Assembly: GCF_035594765.1 (NCBI RefSeq)
Contig: NC_085843.1
Coordinates: 276,621,971 to 276,685,970 of the forward strand
From: Anolis carolinensis
Taxonomy: Eukaryota
Direction of reading: 5' to 3'
DNA: 64,000 nt
A program made the translations under genes and the position numbers. Below the pieces are notes generated by a model. That model had not been told where the DNA came from and ran no database searches. It worked only from the letters and a program-made list of their open reading frames with translations. This document shows positions 1 to 13,136 of this stretch, in pieces. Each line of letters opens with the position of its first letter. Within the stretch, counting starts at the first letter, position 1.

Positions 1-570
1 ATTCACTTCACAACTTATGATCCAGGTTGTTAAAAGCACAAGGGCAGTGAGGCCAATCAATAGAGTAAAATGTATGTTTAAAGGGACTTGTGACAAAGCA
101 AGAATTTGAGAGGAAATCATTTTGGATTATAATTTCCAGAGTTACCCACCTAGCATGGCCAGTGGGTTTGTGACCCCAAAGCTCTGGTCCAAGTGTCCTG
201 TTTTCTTTTTGGAAAGTTACTTTAGGGAAGAATGGATGTGGTAGCTGAGTCCCTACATTGAGATTGCATAGTGTCAATGTTTTTGTTCAGAGTTACTCAT
301 TACCAGTACTGTATAATTTTTATATCCCGTGACAACATTATGTGACTGAACCAAAATGCCAAATATACTTCACCATCCACACGCAATTTACAGTGAGCAT
401 CTGCTTGCATGCACATTGTGCATCTATGCTACCTTGCATGCACAACACCACTTCTGCAACGGGATACAAATATTCCACATCAGATAGAAATATCTCACCA
501 CTTCTATTGGGCAAGATGCTGACAGAATTCTAGCTATTGACATATGGCCATCCATAAATGAGTGCCTTTG

Positions 571-639
<69 letters not shown>
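571..639. repeat. (CAT)n microsatellite, ~23 units
   Basis: Direct reading. Confidence 0.98.
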
Positions 640-640
<1 letters not shown>

Positions 641-1332
641 TATACCTCTGATACTGGGATTTAAAGTGGATTCCTTCCTCTCCTTCTGAGCCCCACAGAT
701 TTACTTTGCTTTCTTCATATGCCATAAGTGATATAACCCCTCCTGCCTCACTTTTTCCTCTTCTTTCCTCCTCTATTTTTCTTTCAGCCTTAATCTTGAG
801 CACACAGCTCCTGCTAGAAAGTGGTTTTACATTTCAAGGTATTTCCCACTGTAGAGTTCCACTCAAAGGGAACATGGATCTTACTCGTAGCATTTGCTCG
901 CAACAGCTAAGATACACATAACATGCCCATCTGTATTTTATAAGTGTTTTTATGAATGTCTGATGTAATTTAATAACTTTTTAATTGATTCGCAATGTAT
1001 TGTACAATTTTATATATGTATTTTATTGTAAGCCGCCCTGAGTCCCCTATTGGGTGAGAAGGGCGGGATATAAATATTGTAATAAAAATAAATAAATAAG
1101 ATGTTTCCTGATTATCTGCATCCAAAGTGATAGCCTTTCCTATTATCATGTCTGATGAACTCATCCCTTTGTCTCCCTGAATATTTTATTTTGGTCAATG
1201 GCCAGCATTGATGTAATATTGCTATTGCATGAAGATATTCATAACTGGGATGATGTCCTGGCCTGTGAAAACTATGTATGAAATTTCAACTAGTATCTCA
1301 CAGGTTAAGTTGGATGATACACTGATACTTAC

Positions 1333-1499
1333 TGCCATAAAAATCTTTTGGACTTTCTCCAGCTTGAAATAATGTGTTTGATTGCTCTCCTGATTGTATT
1401 TCTCCAATAACTTTTGTGCTTCTTCTCTGTAATTTTCTGCATCTTCTAGGACTGTTATTCTCACTGGGCAGTCCTTGCATTCGTATAGTTGTGACGGAA
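1333..1499 (-). CDS. HRG: HRG-like exon 4 (VPSQLYECKDCPVRITVL...QKIFMA)
   Basis: Acceptor cttttcacag, donor gtaagt; 167 nt, same size as exon 4 of AHSG and FETUB. Confidence 0.9.
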
Positions 1500-4400
1500 C
1501 TGTGAAAAGCGTACAGTTATCAACATTTTCACCCCACTGGCTTGAAGGCACACAAAAAGGTAGAAGCTTGCTGGTTTATATACAAATAAACAAGAGCAAG
1601 AACCAATGTGTTCAGACTTTGGCTGTGTTTCAAAGATTTCAACCCAAAATGTTAAAAATTCTAAAGTAGTAGTTATAACAGCAATCCAGCATTGCCCTTT
1701 ATACAATAATGTTCCAGGTTGCCTATTTTCATTTACATTGTTTAATCCATTTGATAGTTTGTTCCAGAATTCACCTCGTAAGCAGCATAAGCCTTCCCAA
1801 ATGGCAATTTTCATGTAGCTGGATGGTGGTGGTAGTGCATCATCTATGATGTGTCCAGATGTTCTCTTATAGATTGATATACTGCAAGGGGCATTGGAAG
1901 GGACTTCTAGGGGTCTTTGGAAAATAGCTGGATGTTTTCCTGCTGATTCCCTAATTCTCCAAGAACAGAAGAATCTTTGTGTGATTGGAGGAAATGCACT
2001 GCTTGCAAAGTGGGCTTTTGGAACAGAAGGAATTTGGCCATTGAGCAGTTGGAAAAGAATTACAACCTCTGCAGCCACCCAAAAAGTGATTTGCTATAGT
2101 GTAAATCTGATTTATTCTAATTCATACATCAATAGGATGCCAGCCTCAATTTACACTATCAACCACAGTGAGCTTTGGCAATACCTAGAGATAACAGGTA
2201 TTCTTTGATGATTTTATGTTATTCTAAACTCTTTGCATATAACTGAAACACCATTGTGATCTCGCATAAAAAGCAGGGTTATTGTAATTGACTTATGGCA
2301 TAGGTTGATGGTTAGGATTAAGGCAGCATATCTGGGAATGATGAGAGGTATAGTCCAGAGCATCTAAAGACCATTGAGTTTGAGAAGATTTGTTGACAAA
2401 CCATGTCAACATTTTAAAAAGTGATGGCTGAAGCTCTGGAGATCATCAAAGAAGGTGTTGGCTATACCTGGGCTCATGGTGCAGTTGTATCCATACAGTT
2501 TGTCTCTCTTGTATAATTCGTTTATATGCACAACAGCTTTACATTGTCCGAACTCCTAGAGAAGACAAAAGAAGAAGAACCTGTCTTTTAAACTATGCAC
2601 AAAGAAATACGTTCCAGGAGGAAGGAAAACTGGCATTGAAGCTCATAATGTCATGTGCGTTCCGCTGCCATGTTGTCCTCCACTGTTGATAGACAATCCC
2701 ATCACTAGCTGCAATATTCCCATCACCTATTTATCTGCTTTTGTGATGGCATGTTAATAGTAGCATGATGTCAGGGGATACTGATGATACCCAGTTCTGT
2801 ATCGCTTTTATAAGTGATGCCAACAAGGGCTAACATAGTTGTCCGGATGCAGTAAAGGACTGGATGCATATGAATAAACTGACGCTTAATGCAGACAAGA
2901 TGGAAGAGCTAGGACTGGGATCATAACCTATTCTGAATGAGGTTGTGCTCTCTCTGAAAGATCAGGTCATAGCTTGGACCCAGCATTAGCTGGGAAAATG
3001 GTTCCAACTTTGAGTGGTGTGCCAGCTGGACCCTTTCCTGGGGAGGGCAGATGTGGACACCATGTTGCTCTGGAATTGAAAGTCTTGCAGGCCACATAAA
3101 ATGACATGGCAGGATGGATTTGGCCTGTGGGCCTTGCACTTGACACCTATGCCATTTGACATTGGTCTTCCAAGAACTGCATTAGTTTCCAGTTTGCTTC
3201 TGAGCTCAATTCAAAGTGCTGATGTTGACCTAGAATGGTCTAAATGAATTGGGGCCGAGATATCTGGGTCTGCCATGTGAGCCTGGTACCAGCAATTTGA
3301 CATCTTTAATGGAGGCCCTGTTGTGTGTCCCAGCAACACCTTGTAAAGTTTGATCGACATGTTCACATGACAGCGCTTTCTTACTTGCACTTCAACTGTG
3401 GGAATCCCTCTCCAAGGAAATTAGGCTGGACCCATTTCTCTTAAGTTTCCAGTGGATTGTTCCTTGACTGCTTTTAGGAGTTTTTAAAGTGTATTTTAAT
3501 GTGCTTTTGTGTTTTTATTATTTTAATTGGTTTATATTTGTTTAAAGAAGTAATAAAATAAACAAATGATATAGGTAAAGGTAAGTAAAGGTTTTCCCCT
3601 GACATTAAGTCCAGTCGTGTCCGACTGTGGGGGTTGGTGCTCATCTCAATTTCTAAGCCAAAGAGCCGGCGTTGTCCGTAGACACCTCCAAGTTCATGTG
3701 GCCACTGGCATGACTGCATGGAGCGCCATTACCTTCCCTCCAGAGCGGTACCTATTGATCTACTCACATTGGCATGCTTTTGAACTTCTAGGTTGGTAGA
3801 AGATGGGGCTAACAGCAGCGCTCACTCCACTCTCTGGATTCGAACCTGCAACCTTTTGGTCTGCAAGTTCAGCAACTATTATCTATATCATTTGTTTAGA
3901 TAATGCCAAATCTCTATACAATATTTTACCTAGTTCTACTCAAATACTGAAATGATAGTGTGAAATAGCACCTGTGAATTTTCGATTAAATGCTGCAGAC
4001 ACAATTTATATTCTGTGTGCATTCAGACGGGTTAAAATGACCAGAGAGTCCCAGAGTTTGTACTTGGTCTTTCTTATTTTATTTTGTTAATCTATACCCA
4101 TTTTGTTTATTCTCAGAATATTTTTTGTCAGCCCTTGGTACAATCAGAAGTTCCCAAAGTCAGTTTATTGTAACTTGGGGAACATTCAGACTGATTAAAA
4201 AGTCTTAAATTCTATTCCTATTTTTTCCAATTTGTCCTTAGCATAAAAAGAACAGGGACAAAATCTAGATGCACCTAATGTTGTACGTTAGTTCTGAAAC
4301 ATGAACTGGTTCAACAGAAAATTAGAAACATTGGTAAGAATTGAGCACACCAAAAATATGGCTAAAATTCCTCTTCAGGGCCTACAACACATATGTTTAT

Positions 4401-7400
4401 TGTGATGGAGCTACATTGCAGACACAGTGTGCAACTATGCTAGTGGATTGCAATGATAGACCACAGAGTCCTGTGCAAAATGACCTGTAGTGTGTTGCAA
4501 CGTGCTGCATATCAGGACACATTGTGCAATGGGACACAGTGTACATTGGAACAATTTGCCAGTGGTTATACTACTTGCTCCACTTACGCAATGGTCCCAG
4601 TTGCACAGCTTTGCCTCTGCTCCCATCCTGAGAATAAAAACATTGCACAAACGGCTCACTTCAATTTTACATTACTGCATATTGGTTTATGGGGATGTAA
4701 CTTCCCAACAGTATCTCCATCAACATTTGTTAAGTTCAAAGTATTGCAAGACTTTGAAATTCTATTTTACAGATCTGAACTCATTTTTTTCCTAATCCTC
4801 ATAGTATACACATGCATTTTTAAGAGGCATGATTCACTCAGGAGTAAGTGAATATACAAGTGCATTGGCTGCCTATAGCTAAGTCCACCTCCACATGTGA
4901 ATGGTGTGAATGGAAAAAAGACACCCTGCACGCCTTCAGTTCTGCAGCAATTTGACAAGTTGCCAACAGAGCCGGCCCTAGGTAATTTTCAAGTGTAGGC
5001 GAACATAATTTTGGCGCCCCCCCCAAACCAATCACTGAAAAATAAAAGCATTGGATAAGCGAAAATGTTGGATAATAAGGAGGGATTAAGGAAAAGCCTA
5101 TTAAACATCAAATTACATTAAGATTTTACAAATTAAGCACCAAAACATCATGTTTTACAAGAAATCAACAGAAAAAGCAGTCTCAACTGCGCCCCCGTAT
5201 GTTTTGCGCCCCAAGCGACCGCTTAATTTGCCTCATTGTTGGACCGGCTCTGGTTGCCAACACCCACCGCTAACGTCCTTGTTAAGGCAAGCAAGGCCCC
5301 AGATTAAGAAGAGTCCTTGAGGCACTGTGGACCAGACAATTAGAAATCATGCTTTCTTAATGGTGAGATGCATACAAAACAAACAACTGGAGAGAGAGCC
5401 CTTGGGATCTTGCAAAAGCTGCTTGTCTCAACATGTCCTGTGACTGGGAAAATGTTGCAGACACAGATATAGGATGGGTGATGTCTGGCTTGAAAACAGT
5501 CCACATGAAAGGAATCTAGGAGTCATAGTAGACTATAAGCGGGATGTGAGTCAAGTGTGTGATGCAGCAGCTGAAAAATCCAATGCAATTTTAGGCTGTC
5601 TATTGTCAAAGCCTCCGGTGGCTCAGTGTGTTAAAGTGCTGAGCTGCTGAACTTGCAGACCGAAAGGTCCCAGGTTCAAATCTGAGGAGCGGAGTGAGTG
5701 CCCACTGTTGGCTCCAGCTTTTGCCAACCTAGCAGTTTGAAAACATGCAAATGTGAGTAGATCAATAGGTACCACTCCGGCGGGAAGGTAACGGTGTTCC
5801 ATGCAGTCATGCCGGCCACATGACCTTGGAGGTGTCTACGGACAATGCTGGCTCTTCGGCTTAGAAATGGAGATGAGCACCAACCCCCGGAGTCGGACAT
5901 GACTGGACTTAACATCAGGGAAAACCTTTACCTTTACTATTGTCAAAGTCAGGGGAAGTCATGGTCCCACTCTCTTCTGCTTTGGTCAGACCTCACCCAG
6001 AATAACCCTGTGTCCACTTCTGCATACCAAAATTCAAGAAGCTTATTGACAAGCTAGAATATGTTCAGAGAAGGGCTACCAAATGATCAAATACTTGGAG
6101 ACATGATAGCCATGTTTAATATTTGAAAGGATGTCACACTGAGGAGAGGGCAAGCTTGTTTTCTGCTGCTTTGGAGACTGTGACACAAACCAATGGATTC
6201 AAATTGCAAGAAAAGAGATTCCACCTAAACATTAGGAAAAATTTTCTGATGCTAAGAACTGTTTGGCAGTGGAATATGCTGCCTTAGAGTCCAGTGAAGT
6301 CTTACTTTCTGGAGTTATTAAAGCAGAGTTTGGATGGCCATCTATCCAGGGTGCTTTGATGGTTGTCTTCCTGCATGGCAGAAGGGGGTTGGATTATATG
6401 GTCCTGGGGAGGTCTCTTCCAAATCTCTGGTTTTATGATCATTTCCCATGCCCCCAACTGCAATGCCTTGGAAACCTTTTGATTGAAACACTGCTTAACT
6501 TAAGAAGTCAGTTCTTGAGTTCACATTTGGTCATTTACATCAATAACTATGAATCCCAAAAATTACAATATTGTAAATACAGTTTATGGTCTTGTAAATA
6601 TTGAGCAGGATGGTGGTGTACATTTCAAAAGTAACAAATAATGAATGGGATATACATTAATTTATTCTCCAAATGAGAAATATTTTATAGTTATTTTCAT
6701 AAGTTACTTTCAAAGGGCATTTTAGATTATATCTTTTTTTGCAATTGTAACAATATTTGTTGTTTGTTTTTATAGTTCCCCGTTTTGAGGCATTTGTAAT
6801 TTTTAAAAACAAAAAGAATACTGAGTAACACAGTGGGTAATAAAATAACTGACTCTTTAAAACTTGGTAAGGAATACTAACAGCAAATTATAGTAGCCTC
6901 TCAAGCAAGAGTCAAAGAAAAAATAATTTAAATAAAAATTAAAATACATGTATAATACAGTAAAACATTACATTACATTTAATTAGGTTAAATTTGTCTT
7001 TATTTGCTTTTAATTACTATATTCCAATGTTAATACCATGTCAATACAGATTTTATGGTATAATATAGTATGGGTATTAATTAGGCTTATTTTTTAATAG
7101 TAATGCTCAAGCCACAAGAACGTACATTTGTCTGAAATCTCCCATTTCCCATGGGTTACAGTTAAGTGAGAGTTTCCTATACTTTGAAAATGCTATGATG
7201 ATTCATAGGAACAAGGAAGTCTTTAAAAGTATTTTCTCAAGTCCTGAAAAAGTAAGATGAAAAGAGCATGCAATAGGTTGGGATGGGAGTTATGGGGCCC
7301 TCCATATGTTGTTGGACTGCATAGCCAGGATGCAGAAGAATGCTGAAGATGCAGTCCATCAATGCCTGGGGGACACTATATGTAAATAGCCGATGTGATC

Positions 7401-10400
7401 ACTCATTGCTATAATCTTGATGTCAAATTGAACATGATGTTTGCTGCATCAAATGTGTCTAGACACTTATTGTGAAAGCTACTTGGAGAACATCAATGGG
7501 AGCCCCAGAAACACAGTTACTTGCCGTGCTGCGGTAGAAACGCCGCTCTCCACAAGACGACCAGTGTTTCCCAGACACTACAGGGCATTCGGTATCCAGC
7601 ACATCAAGAGTCAAGTAGACCATGGATGCATTTTCCTTAAAGGGAAACGGGGAGAAGAAAATACAACAGGTTCACTCATGCTTCCACAGGCATTTGAGAT
7701 GAAGAAAGAGACATATTCAAATAAATAACGCACACATCAAGGCTGAGAGACATTTTGGGGGTTTCCAAATGTATTTACGATTCGGTTTTGTTAGAAATCA
7801 AACACCGGAAACTCGTGGAGACTTCTGTGAGATGAGATATAGAAGGGCTAACATTCAATGGTCCCAGGTTCAAATCCCGGGAGCGGAATGAGCGCCCACT
7901 GTTAGCCCCAGCTTCTGCCAACCTAGCAGTTCGAAAACATGCAAATGTGAGTAGATCAATAGGTACCGCTCTGGCAGGAAGGTAACGGTGCTCCATGCAG
8001 TCATGGAGCACCTCCATGACCTTGGAGGTGTCTATGGACAACGCTGGCTCTTCGGCTTAGAAATGGAGATGAGCACCAACCCCCAGAGTCGGACACAACT
8101 GGACTTAACGTCAGGGGAAAACTTTTACCTTAACATTCAATGAAGATTTATAGCACTAACAGCACTCTGCTTGGCCATGGACACTCACTGGGTGATCTTG
8201 GGCAAGCCATACTCTCCCAGTCTCCAAGGAAGGCAATGGCATTTTCCCCTTGAACAATCTTGCCAAGAAAACTCCATGATAGCCTCACTTTAGGATCACC
8301 ATAAATTGGAAATAACATGAAGTCAATACTAACAAAAACAATGCTACCTAGCCTTCTCCATTTTGGGTGCTCCATTGTCCTTCACGTCCTTCTAGTTTCT
8401 CCTCCTTACAATGGTCACTAAGCATGTGTAGTCCCTTCTACTGTTTTGGGTCATTCCTTCAATAAGATTTTTTTAGATGGGAAAGGGAGTGTACTTCTGA
8501 AATATCTGGATGGCCTCAAGCATTTTAATACATTCTTCATGTTGGACCAAAATGTAACCTTATTCCTTAGCAAGTCATCAGACTATGAAATATCTGAGGG
8601 CATTATAACTAATAGTAAACGTCATAGGAAGCCTACATTTCAATAATAATTTGTTTTAAGACTGTGTTCCTCACAGTAAAATCCCTGTATCAGATCTGGT
8701 GAACATGTGAGCTTCTAGATGGTTTTGGACTCCATTTCCCATCAGCTCTAGACAACATGTTACATTGCCAGACTTGTTGGGATATACAGTCCTATAACAT
8801 CTGGAGGGTCACAAATTTCAGTGACAATGATAATATTTATTTAGTTAATCTATTTTTAAAATAAACAAATGTTTAGGTAAATGTAAAGGTTTTCCCCTGA
8901 CATTAAGTCCAGTCATGACTGACTCTGGGGGTTAGTGCTCATCTCCATTTCTAAGCCGAAGAGCCGGCGTTGTCCGTAGACACCTCCAAGGTCATGTGGC
9001 CGGCATGACTGCATGGAGCGCCGTTACCTTCCCGCTGGAGCGGTACCTATTGATCTACTCACATTGGCATGTTTTCGAACTGCTAGGTTGGCAGGAGCTG
9101 GGGCTAACAGCGGGTGCTCACTCTGGTCCCGGGATTTGAACCTGCGACCTTTCAGTCTGCAAGTTCAGCAGCTCAGTGCTTCAACACTCTTCACCACTGG
9201 GGCTCCAAACAAATGTTTATAAGCTGCTTTTTTGGAGTCACAGACTCAAGGTAGCTTACAAAGATGAAAATTGATAATGCTTACAAATCTACATCATATA
9301 CAATTAAATATATAATCAAACTATCCACAAAATAGAAACCAGTAAAAAGCAAACCATTAAAAAGTACAACAAATGCTAATTGGTTATCCCATGTCTGAAA
9401 ATCCAGAATGCTTCAGAATCTAAAATAGTCCACAGTGGTGGCCGAGAGAGTGACACTTTTGCCTCCTGATGGTTCAGTGTACACAAACTTTGTTTTGTGC
9501 ACATAATTGTTATAAATAGTTTGTATAAAATACTCTCAGGCTGTATGTATAAGGTGCATATGAAACAGAAATGAATTTTGTGGTTAGACTTGGGCCCCAG
9601 CTCATCAGGTGTGTGCAAAAAATTCCAGATAAAAAATAATCTGGTCCTAAGCATTTCAGATAAGGCATTCTCCATGTGTATAAACAACGCAGTGCATGGA
9701 AGGCCTTTCCCTCTAAGTAGTGAACTTTCCAAGGCCTGATGAAACACAAAGGCTTTTACCAGCTTTAGGAATGAGGATAAGGAGGGCTCGAATCTAACCT
9801 TTTTAGGAAGGACCTCCCAGAGCCTGAGCAACCATCAAGAAGGCCCTCTCCTGTGTTTCCACCAGACATAACTGTGAAGGTGGTGGGATCGAGAGGAGAA
9901 ACTCTCACAACAAGAGCAGGACTAAAATGCAGTCTTTTAGAAAACCTGACTGAGCAGTATAGGGATTTGTAGCTCATAACCAGGTCTTTGAATTCTGCTC
10001 AGTAACGAAACAGTAGCCAGTTGGGCTGTAGCAAGAAGAGTTGGTTGCTCCCTTGAAGTATGATATAAATATTTATGCGTAACCCCAGTGGTGAAGTGTG
10101 TTAAAGCACTGAGCTGCTGAACTTGCAGACCGAAAGGTCCCAGGTTCAAATCCCGGGAGCGGAGTGAGCGCCCGATATTAGCTCCAGCTCCTGCCAACCT
10201 AGCTGTTCGAAAACATGCAAATGTGAGTAGATCAATAGGTCTGGCAGGAAGGTAACGGCGTTCCATGCAGTCATGCCAGTCACATGACCTTGGAGGTGTC
10301 TACGGACAATGCCAGCTCTTCGGCTTAGAAATGGAGATGAGCACCAGCCTCCAGAGTCAGACATGACTGGACTTCAGGGGAAAACCTTTACCTTACTTAA

Positions 10401-11050
10401 ACATTTATGCACATAGTTGAAATCTCTCCATAGGATGAATATTGAGTTTTGTGGAAGTGGTTCAATAAGGAATTTTTGGCTATATCTGCACCGAGGAATT
10501 ATAGCAGTAAACTTCCATTATTGAAAGTGATGGAAAGGAGATTTGGAGATTGTGAGATATCTCTATCAGAGAGGTTCGCATAGGAAGGAACTATGGCAGT
10601 TCAAGTTATGTCTAACTCAGGCATGGGCAAACTTGGGCCCTTCAGGTGTTTTGGACTTCAACTCCCACAATTCGGCTGTTAGGAATTATGAGAGTTGAAG
10701 TCCAAAACACCTGGAGGGCCAAAGTTTGCCCATGCCTGATCTAACTGCTATAATTCTGCAGTGCTGATGGTCTCTTTGTTAAGACAATGGTTCACTCTTG
10801 GAATATGAACACACACTCTTGAATCAGTCCCAGGGATACTACTTACCAAATGTTGCACATGAGCATCCGCAACCCGCAAGAGAGTGAAGATGTAGCCATG
10901 CCTGCGATGCTTGTTGATCAAGTCAAGAGCCACTCCTGCATCTTTTTCTATCTGAGCGTCATTGCAATCTGCAGGTGCTAAGGCAGGTGGGCTCTCAGTG
11001 TGACAGCAGATGAGACCCACAACAAACACTGCCACGGTTAGCAGCTCCAT
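1333..11050 (-). CDS. HRG: Histidine-rich glycoprotein-like gene, exons 1-4 (partial; continues past the left edge)
   Basis: Exons (minus): 11050-10847, 7635-7525, 2555-2468, 1499-1333. ALDLINKHRRHGYIFTLLRVADAH resembles the mammalian HRG N-terminus (ALDLINKRRRDGYLFQLLRIADAH); lies downstream of AHSG-FETUB on the same strand, as HRG does. Confidence 0.82.
2468..2555 (-). CDS. HRG: HRG-like exon 3 (EFGQCKAVVHINELYKRDKLYGYNCTMSP)
   Basis: Acceptor tcttctctag, donor CAG|gtatag; 88 nt. Confidence 0.9.
2780..3470 (+). mobile_element. Degenerate L2 LINE 3' fragment
   Basis: WM..NKL.LN.DK and HWLP-like RT C-terminal remnants (gactggatgcatatgaataaactgacgcttaatgcagacaag; ctcaattcaaagtgctg). Confidence 0.6.
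3573..3875 (-). mobile_element. Sauria SINE
   Basis: (ACCTTT)n tail and conserved body shared with >10 copies in the window. Confidence 0.85.
4967..5252. mobile_element. hAT-type MITE carrying a piece of a Tigger/pogo-like MITE
   Basis: TIR CAGAGCCGG...CCGGCTCTG; perfect 8-bp TSD gttgccaa at 4959-4966 and 5253-5260. Confidence 0.85.
5420..6440 (+). mobile_element. CR1 LINE 3' fragment interrupted by a Sauria SINE
   Basis: CR1 RT-end remnants (DLGV.VD, tgtgatgcagcagctgaaaa, ccacctaaacattaggaa) and 3' ggtctcttccaa end. Confidence 0.8.
5612..5936 (+). mobile_element. Sauria SINE, full length
   Basis: tRNA-like head (A box TGGCTCAGTG, B box GGTTCAAATC), ACCTTT tail, 12-bp TSD ctattgtcaaag. Confidence 0.92.
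7525..7635 (-). CDS. HRG: HRG-like exon 2 (ENASMVYLTLDVLDTECPVVSGKHWSSCGERRFYRST)
   Basis: Acceptor ttccctttaag; 111 nt if the donor is ACG|GCAAGT (GC-AG intron). Confidence 0.85.
7861..8130 (+). mobile_element. Sauria SINE, 5'-truncated
   Basis: 12-bp TSD taacattcaatg at 7849-7860 and 8131-8142. Confidence 0.9.
8876..9206 (-). mobile_element. Sauria SINE, full length
   Basis: 13-bp TSD aaacaaatgttta. Confidence 0.92.
9380..9675. mobile_element. Tigger-like non-autonomous DNA transposon (related copy at 13137-13434)
   Basis: Shared internal sequence with the TA-flanked CAGGTTGA...AACCTG element at 13137. Confidence 0.55.
9680..10050 (-). mobile_element. Degenerate L2 LINE 3' fragment
   Basis: Reverse complement of L2 RT C-terminus and 3' region (…cagaattcaaagacctggttatgagctacaaatccct…). 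Confidence 0.55.
10080..10397 (+). mobile_element. Sauria SINE
   Basis: Head, body and tail present; approximate TSD taaayatttatgc. Confidence 0.9.
10618..10738. mobile_element. hAT (Charlie-like) MITE, CAGGCATGGGCAAACT family
   Basis: TIRs and 8-bp TSD gtctaact/atctaact. Confidence 0.85.
10847..11050 (-). CDS. HRG: HRG-like exon 1 (MELLTVAVFV...ADAHVQHL)
   Basis: ATG at 11050 starts a signal peptide; donor TTG|gtaagt; 204 nt. Confidence 0.9.
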
Positions 11051-11671
11051 TGGGGCTCTGCACCACAGACTGGCCTCTCCGCCTTCTGTCCTGCTCTGTT
11101 GAGTCAACAGAAGAAAAACCCTCCCAGAAACACACAGGTCGATATTCGAGAGGACAATGCTATTTTTTAAACAAAAATTGCATCAGTGTAACTAAAGCCC
11201 TTTGCCTTGATCTTTAGTTAAGAATGACAAACAAAGAATGAATGATTTATGAAGGAAGCAGTGGACAAAAAAAGCCCAAATGAGTTCCCAAAAAGAGGAA
11301 CAACTTGTAAGTGGACTGAAATAAACAGGTGGACAAAGTGTTACAAGAACTAGAGATACAGTAGACTTCTACACAGCTATATAACCTAGAATATCAAGGC
11401 AGATAATCCACAATATCTGCTTTGAACTGGATTATCTGAGTCAGCACTGTCATATAATCCAGTTCAATATGGATTTTATATGTCTGTGTGGAAGGGGCCT
11501 CAGTTAACCATAACCCAAGCAACCAGCAAAAAATCTAAGGAAATAATACTTGAAATAAAATTGAAATAAAATTACAAAGCTGTTATTATACTAAAACTGT
11601 GTCTTTATTTGTCTTAATTTTCTTATTGCATTTCAATATTAATATCAAAGCAATACAGAGTTTATAGTATG

Positions 11672-11780
11672 GTACTACGCGGATCCAGAATAGGTTTCCA
11701 CAGTCACTTACAGACCCACTGCCAAGACTGTTCGTGGAAGACAATCAGACTCGACAATGATGGATCACCGATGATGATGA
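11672..11780 (+). mobile_element. RTE LINE 3' end fragment
   Basis: GSRIGFHSHLQTH zinc-finger tail and (GAT)n end; homologous to 30650-30750. Confidence 0.6.
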
Positions 11781-13136
11781 GTATGGGGTATAGTATCAGA
11801 TCTATTTTTAAAAGTAACTGTCCAGCAACCAGAACTACATTTATCTGCCATCTACTAATCCTTAATTGAGAGTCTACGTATTACTGCACTTAAGTAATTA
11901 TAACAATAATAATAAAAAATTTAATTAATTTTTTCCAGAATAAGTACATTTTAGTGTAGGTAATACACAGAGTAAAACAGATGCTCCAACTTGCAGTATT
12001 AAATCTGCTCTATTTATGTCCCTTTTTTCATATCTATATATTAACACTTCTTTTTTTCTCTCTTTTTCCTTTCTTCTTTTCTTTTTTCCTCTTTATTACT
12101 ATTGTATTATTATTGTATTATAAAAGAAATCTTAATAAAAAGTATTTAAAAAATTGAGAGTCTACATATATAGATGCATAGGCCCACTGGGGGAAAAAAC
12201 ACCAAAGGTGTGGTCTTTGGTGTAATTGGCTGGCATGCATAGCAGTGACTTAATTGTCTATGTCCCAGCAAATAAATTGATAATACTATCAAAATGCAAT
12301 TTTTAAATAAATAAATATACAGTCAGTCATCCACATTCATTGGAGTTAGGGGCATAGGGCTCCTGTAAAAGTGAAAAAATATGTATGCAGAACTGATAAT
12401 TTCTTACCTAAGAGAACACCTCTCCAGGAATCTTTGGTTTCTCCACCATGATCCCAGGACCAACCTCCAATGGAAATTGACCATAGGTTCTCACTGGAGG
12501 ACCCAGAGATCTTGGAGACAATCTGTGAATAATCACATCCATATAAGTCAAACCTGCAAATCTGGAGGACCAAATGTATTCAGTTTTCTAGTCCCTAGTT
12601 TTGTGAAGAAAACTGCAAATGATGAGCAAAGTAGGTGATCCAGTCCAGACATTGAAACTAAAGGAGATCCTGATTAAGTGGCAACAATCTTGGAAATTTA
12701 TTTTTTTTTGGACTGTACCTTCAGAACCTCACAACCAAATAGGCTACTGGCTAGGAATTTTGGCAATTTTGGTCTCAAAGATCTTCAGGAGTCATATCCG
12801 GTCAGTAACTTATTCAGAGTATATGGCTGCACCATGCTATGATAAGAGCTTGAAAAGCCCCATTATCTCCTAATTAGAAGAACATCTCATGGTGAGGCCC
12901 AGAGTGTTTTCTGTGTTGGGGAGAAGACACATGCATTTTGCCCATCTTTCATCTAGGGTGCCAGGCCTGTTCAAAGCCAAAATCCTGAAGGCAACAGAAG
13001 CAGGAAAGCAGGCTGGAAAGGGGTGGTTCTTCAGCATCTGAATCTTCTTTGCATAGCCACTAACATTTCATAAATGTGGTCAAACAATCTCAGAGTGTGG
13101 TCAAGATGTCAAAGGTTGTGAATGCAGAAGAACATA

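Noticed and set aside
424-639. Poly-Met ORF (also poly-Ile/Leu/Tyr ORFs at 55329-55817 and 63712)
   Set aside because: Translations of microsatellites.
1-1330. Search for HRG-like exon 5
   Set aside because: No exon with a FVEF/YFVDF-like strand and Cys pair was found; it is presumably beyond the window edge.
5612-5700. tRNA-like A/B boxes
   Set aside because: These are SINE heads, not tRNA genes.
11051-11107. N-terminal extensions of the HRG-like (MTQQ...) and FETUB (MNTF..., 30042) ORFs
   Set aside because: They rely on non-ATG starts; the downstream ATGs directly begin signal peptides.
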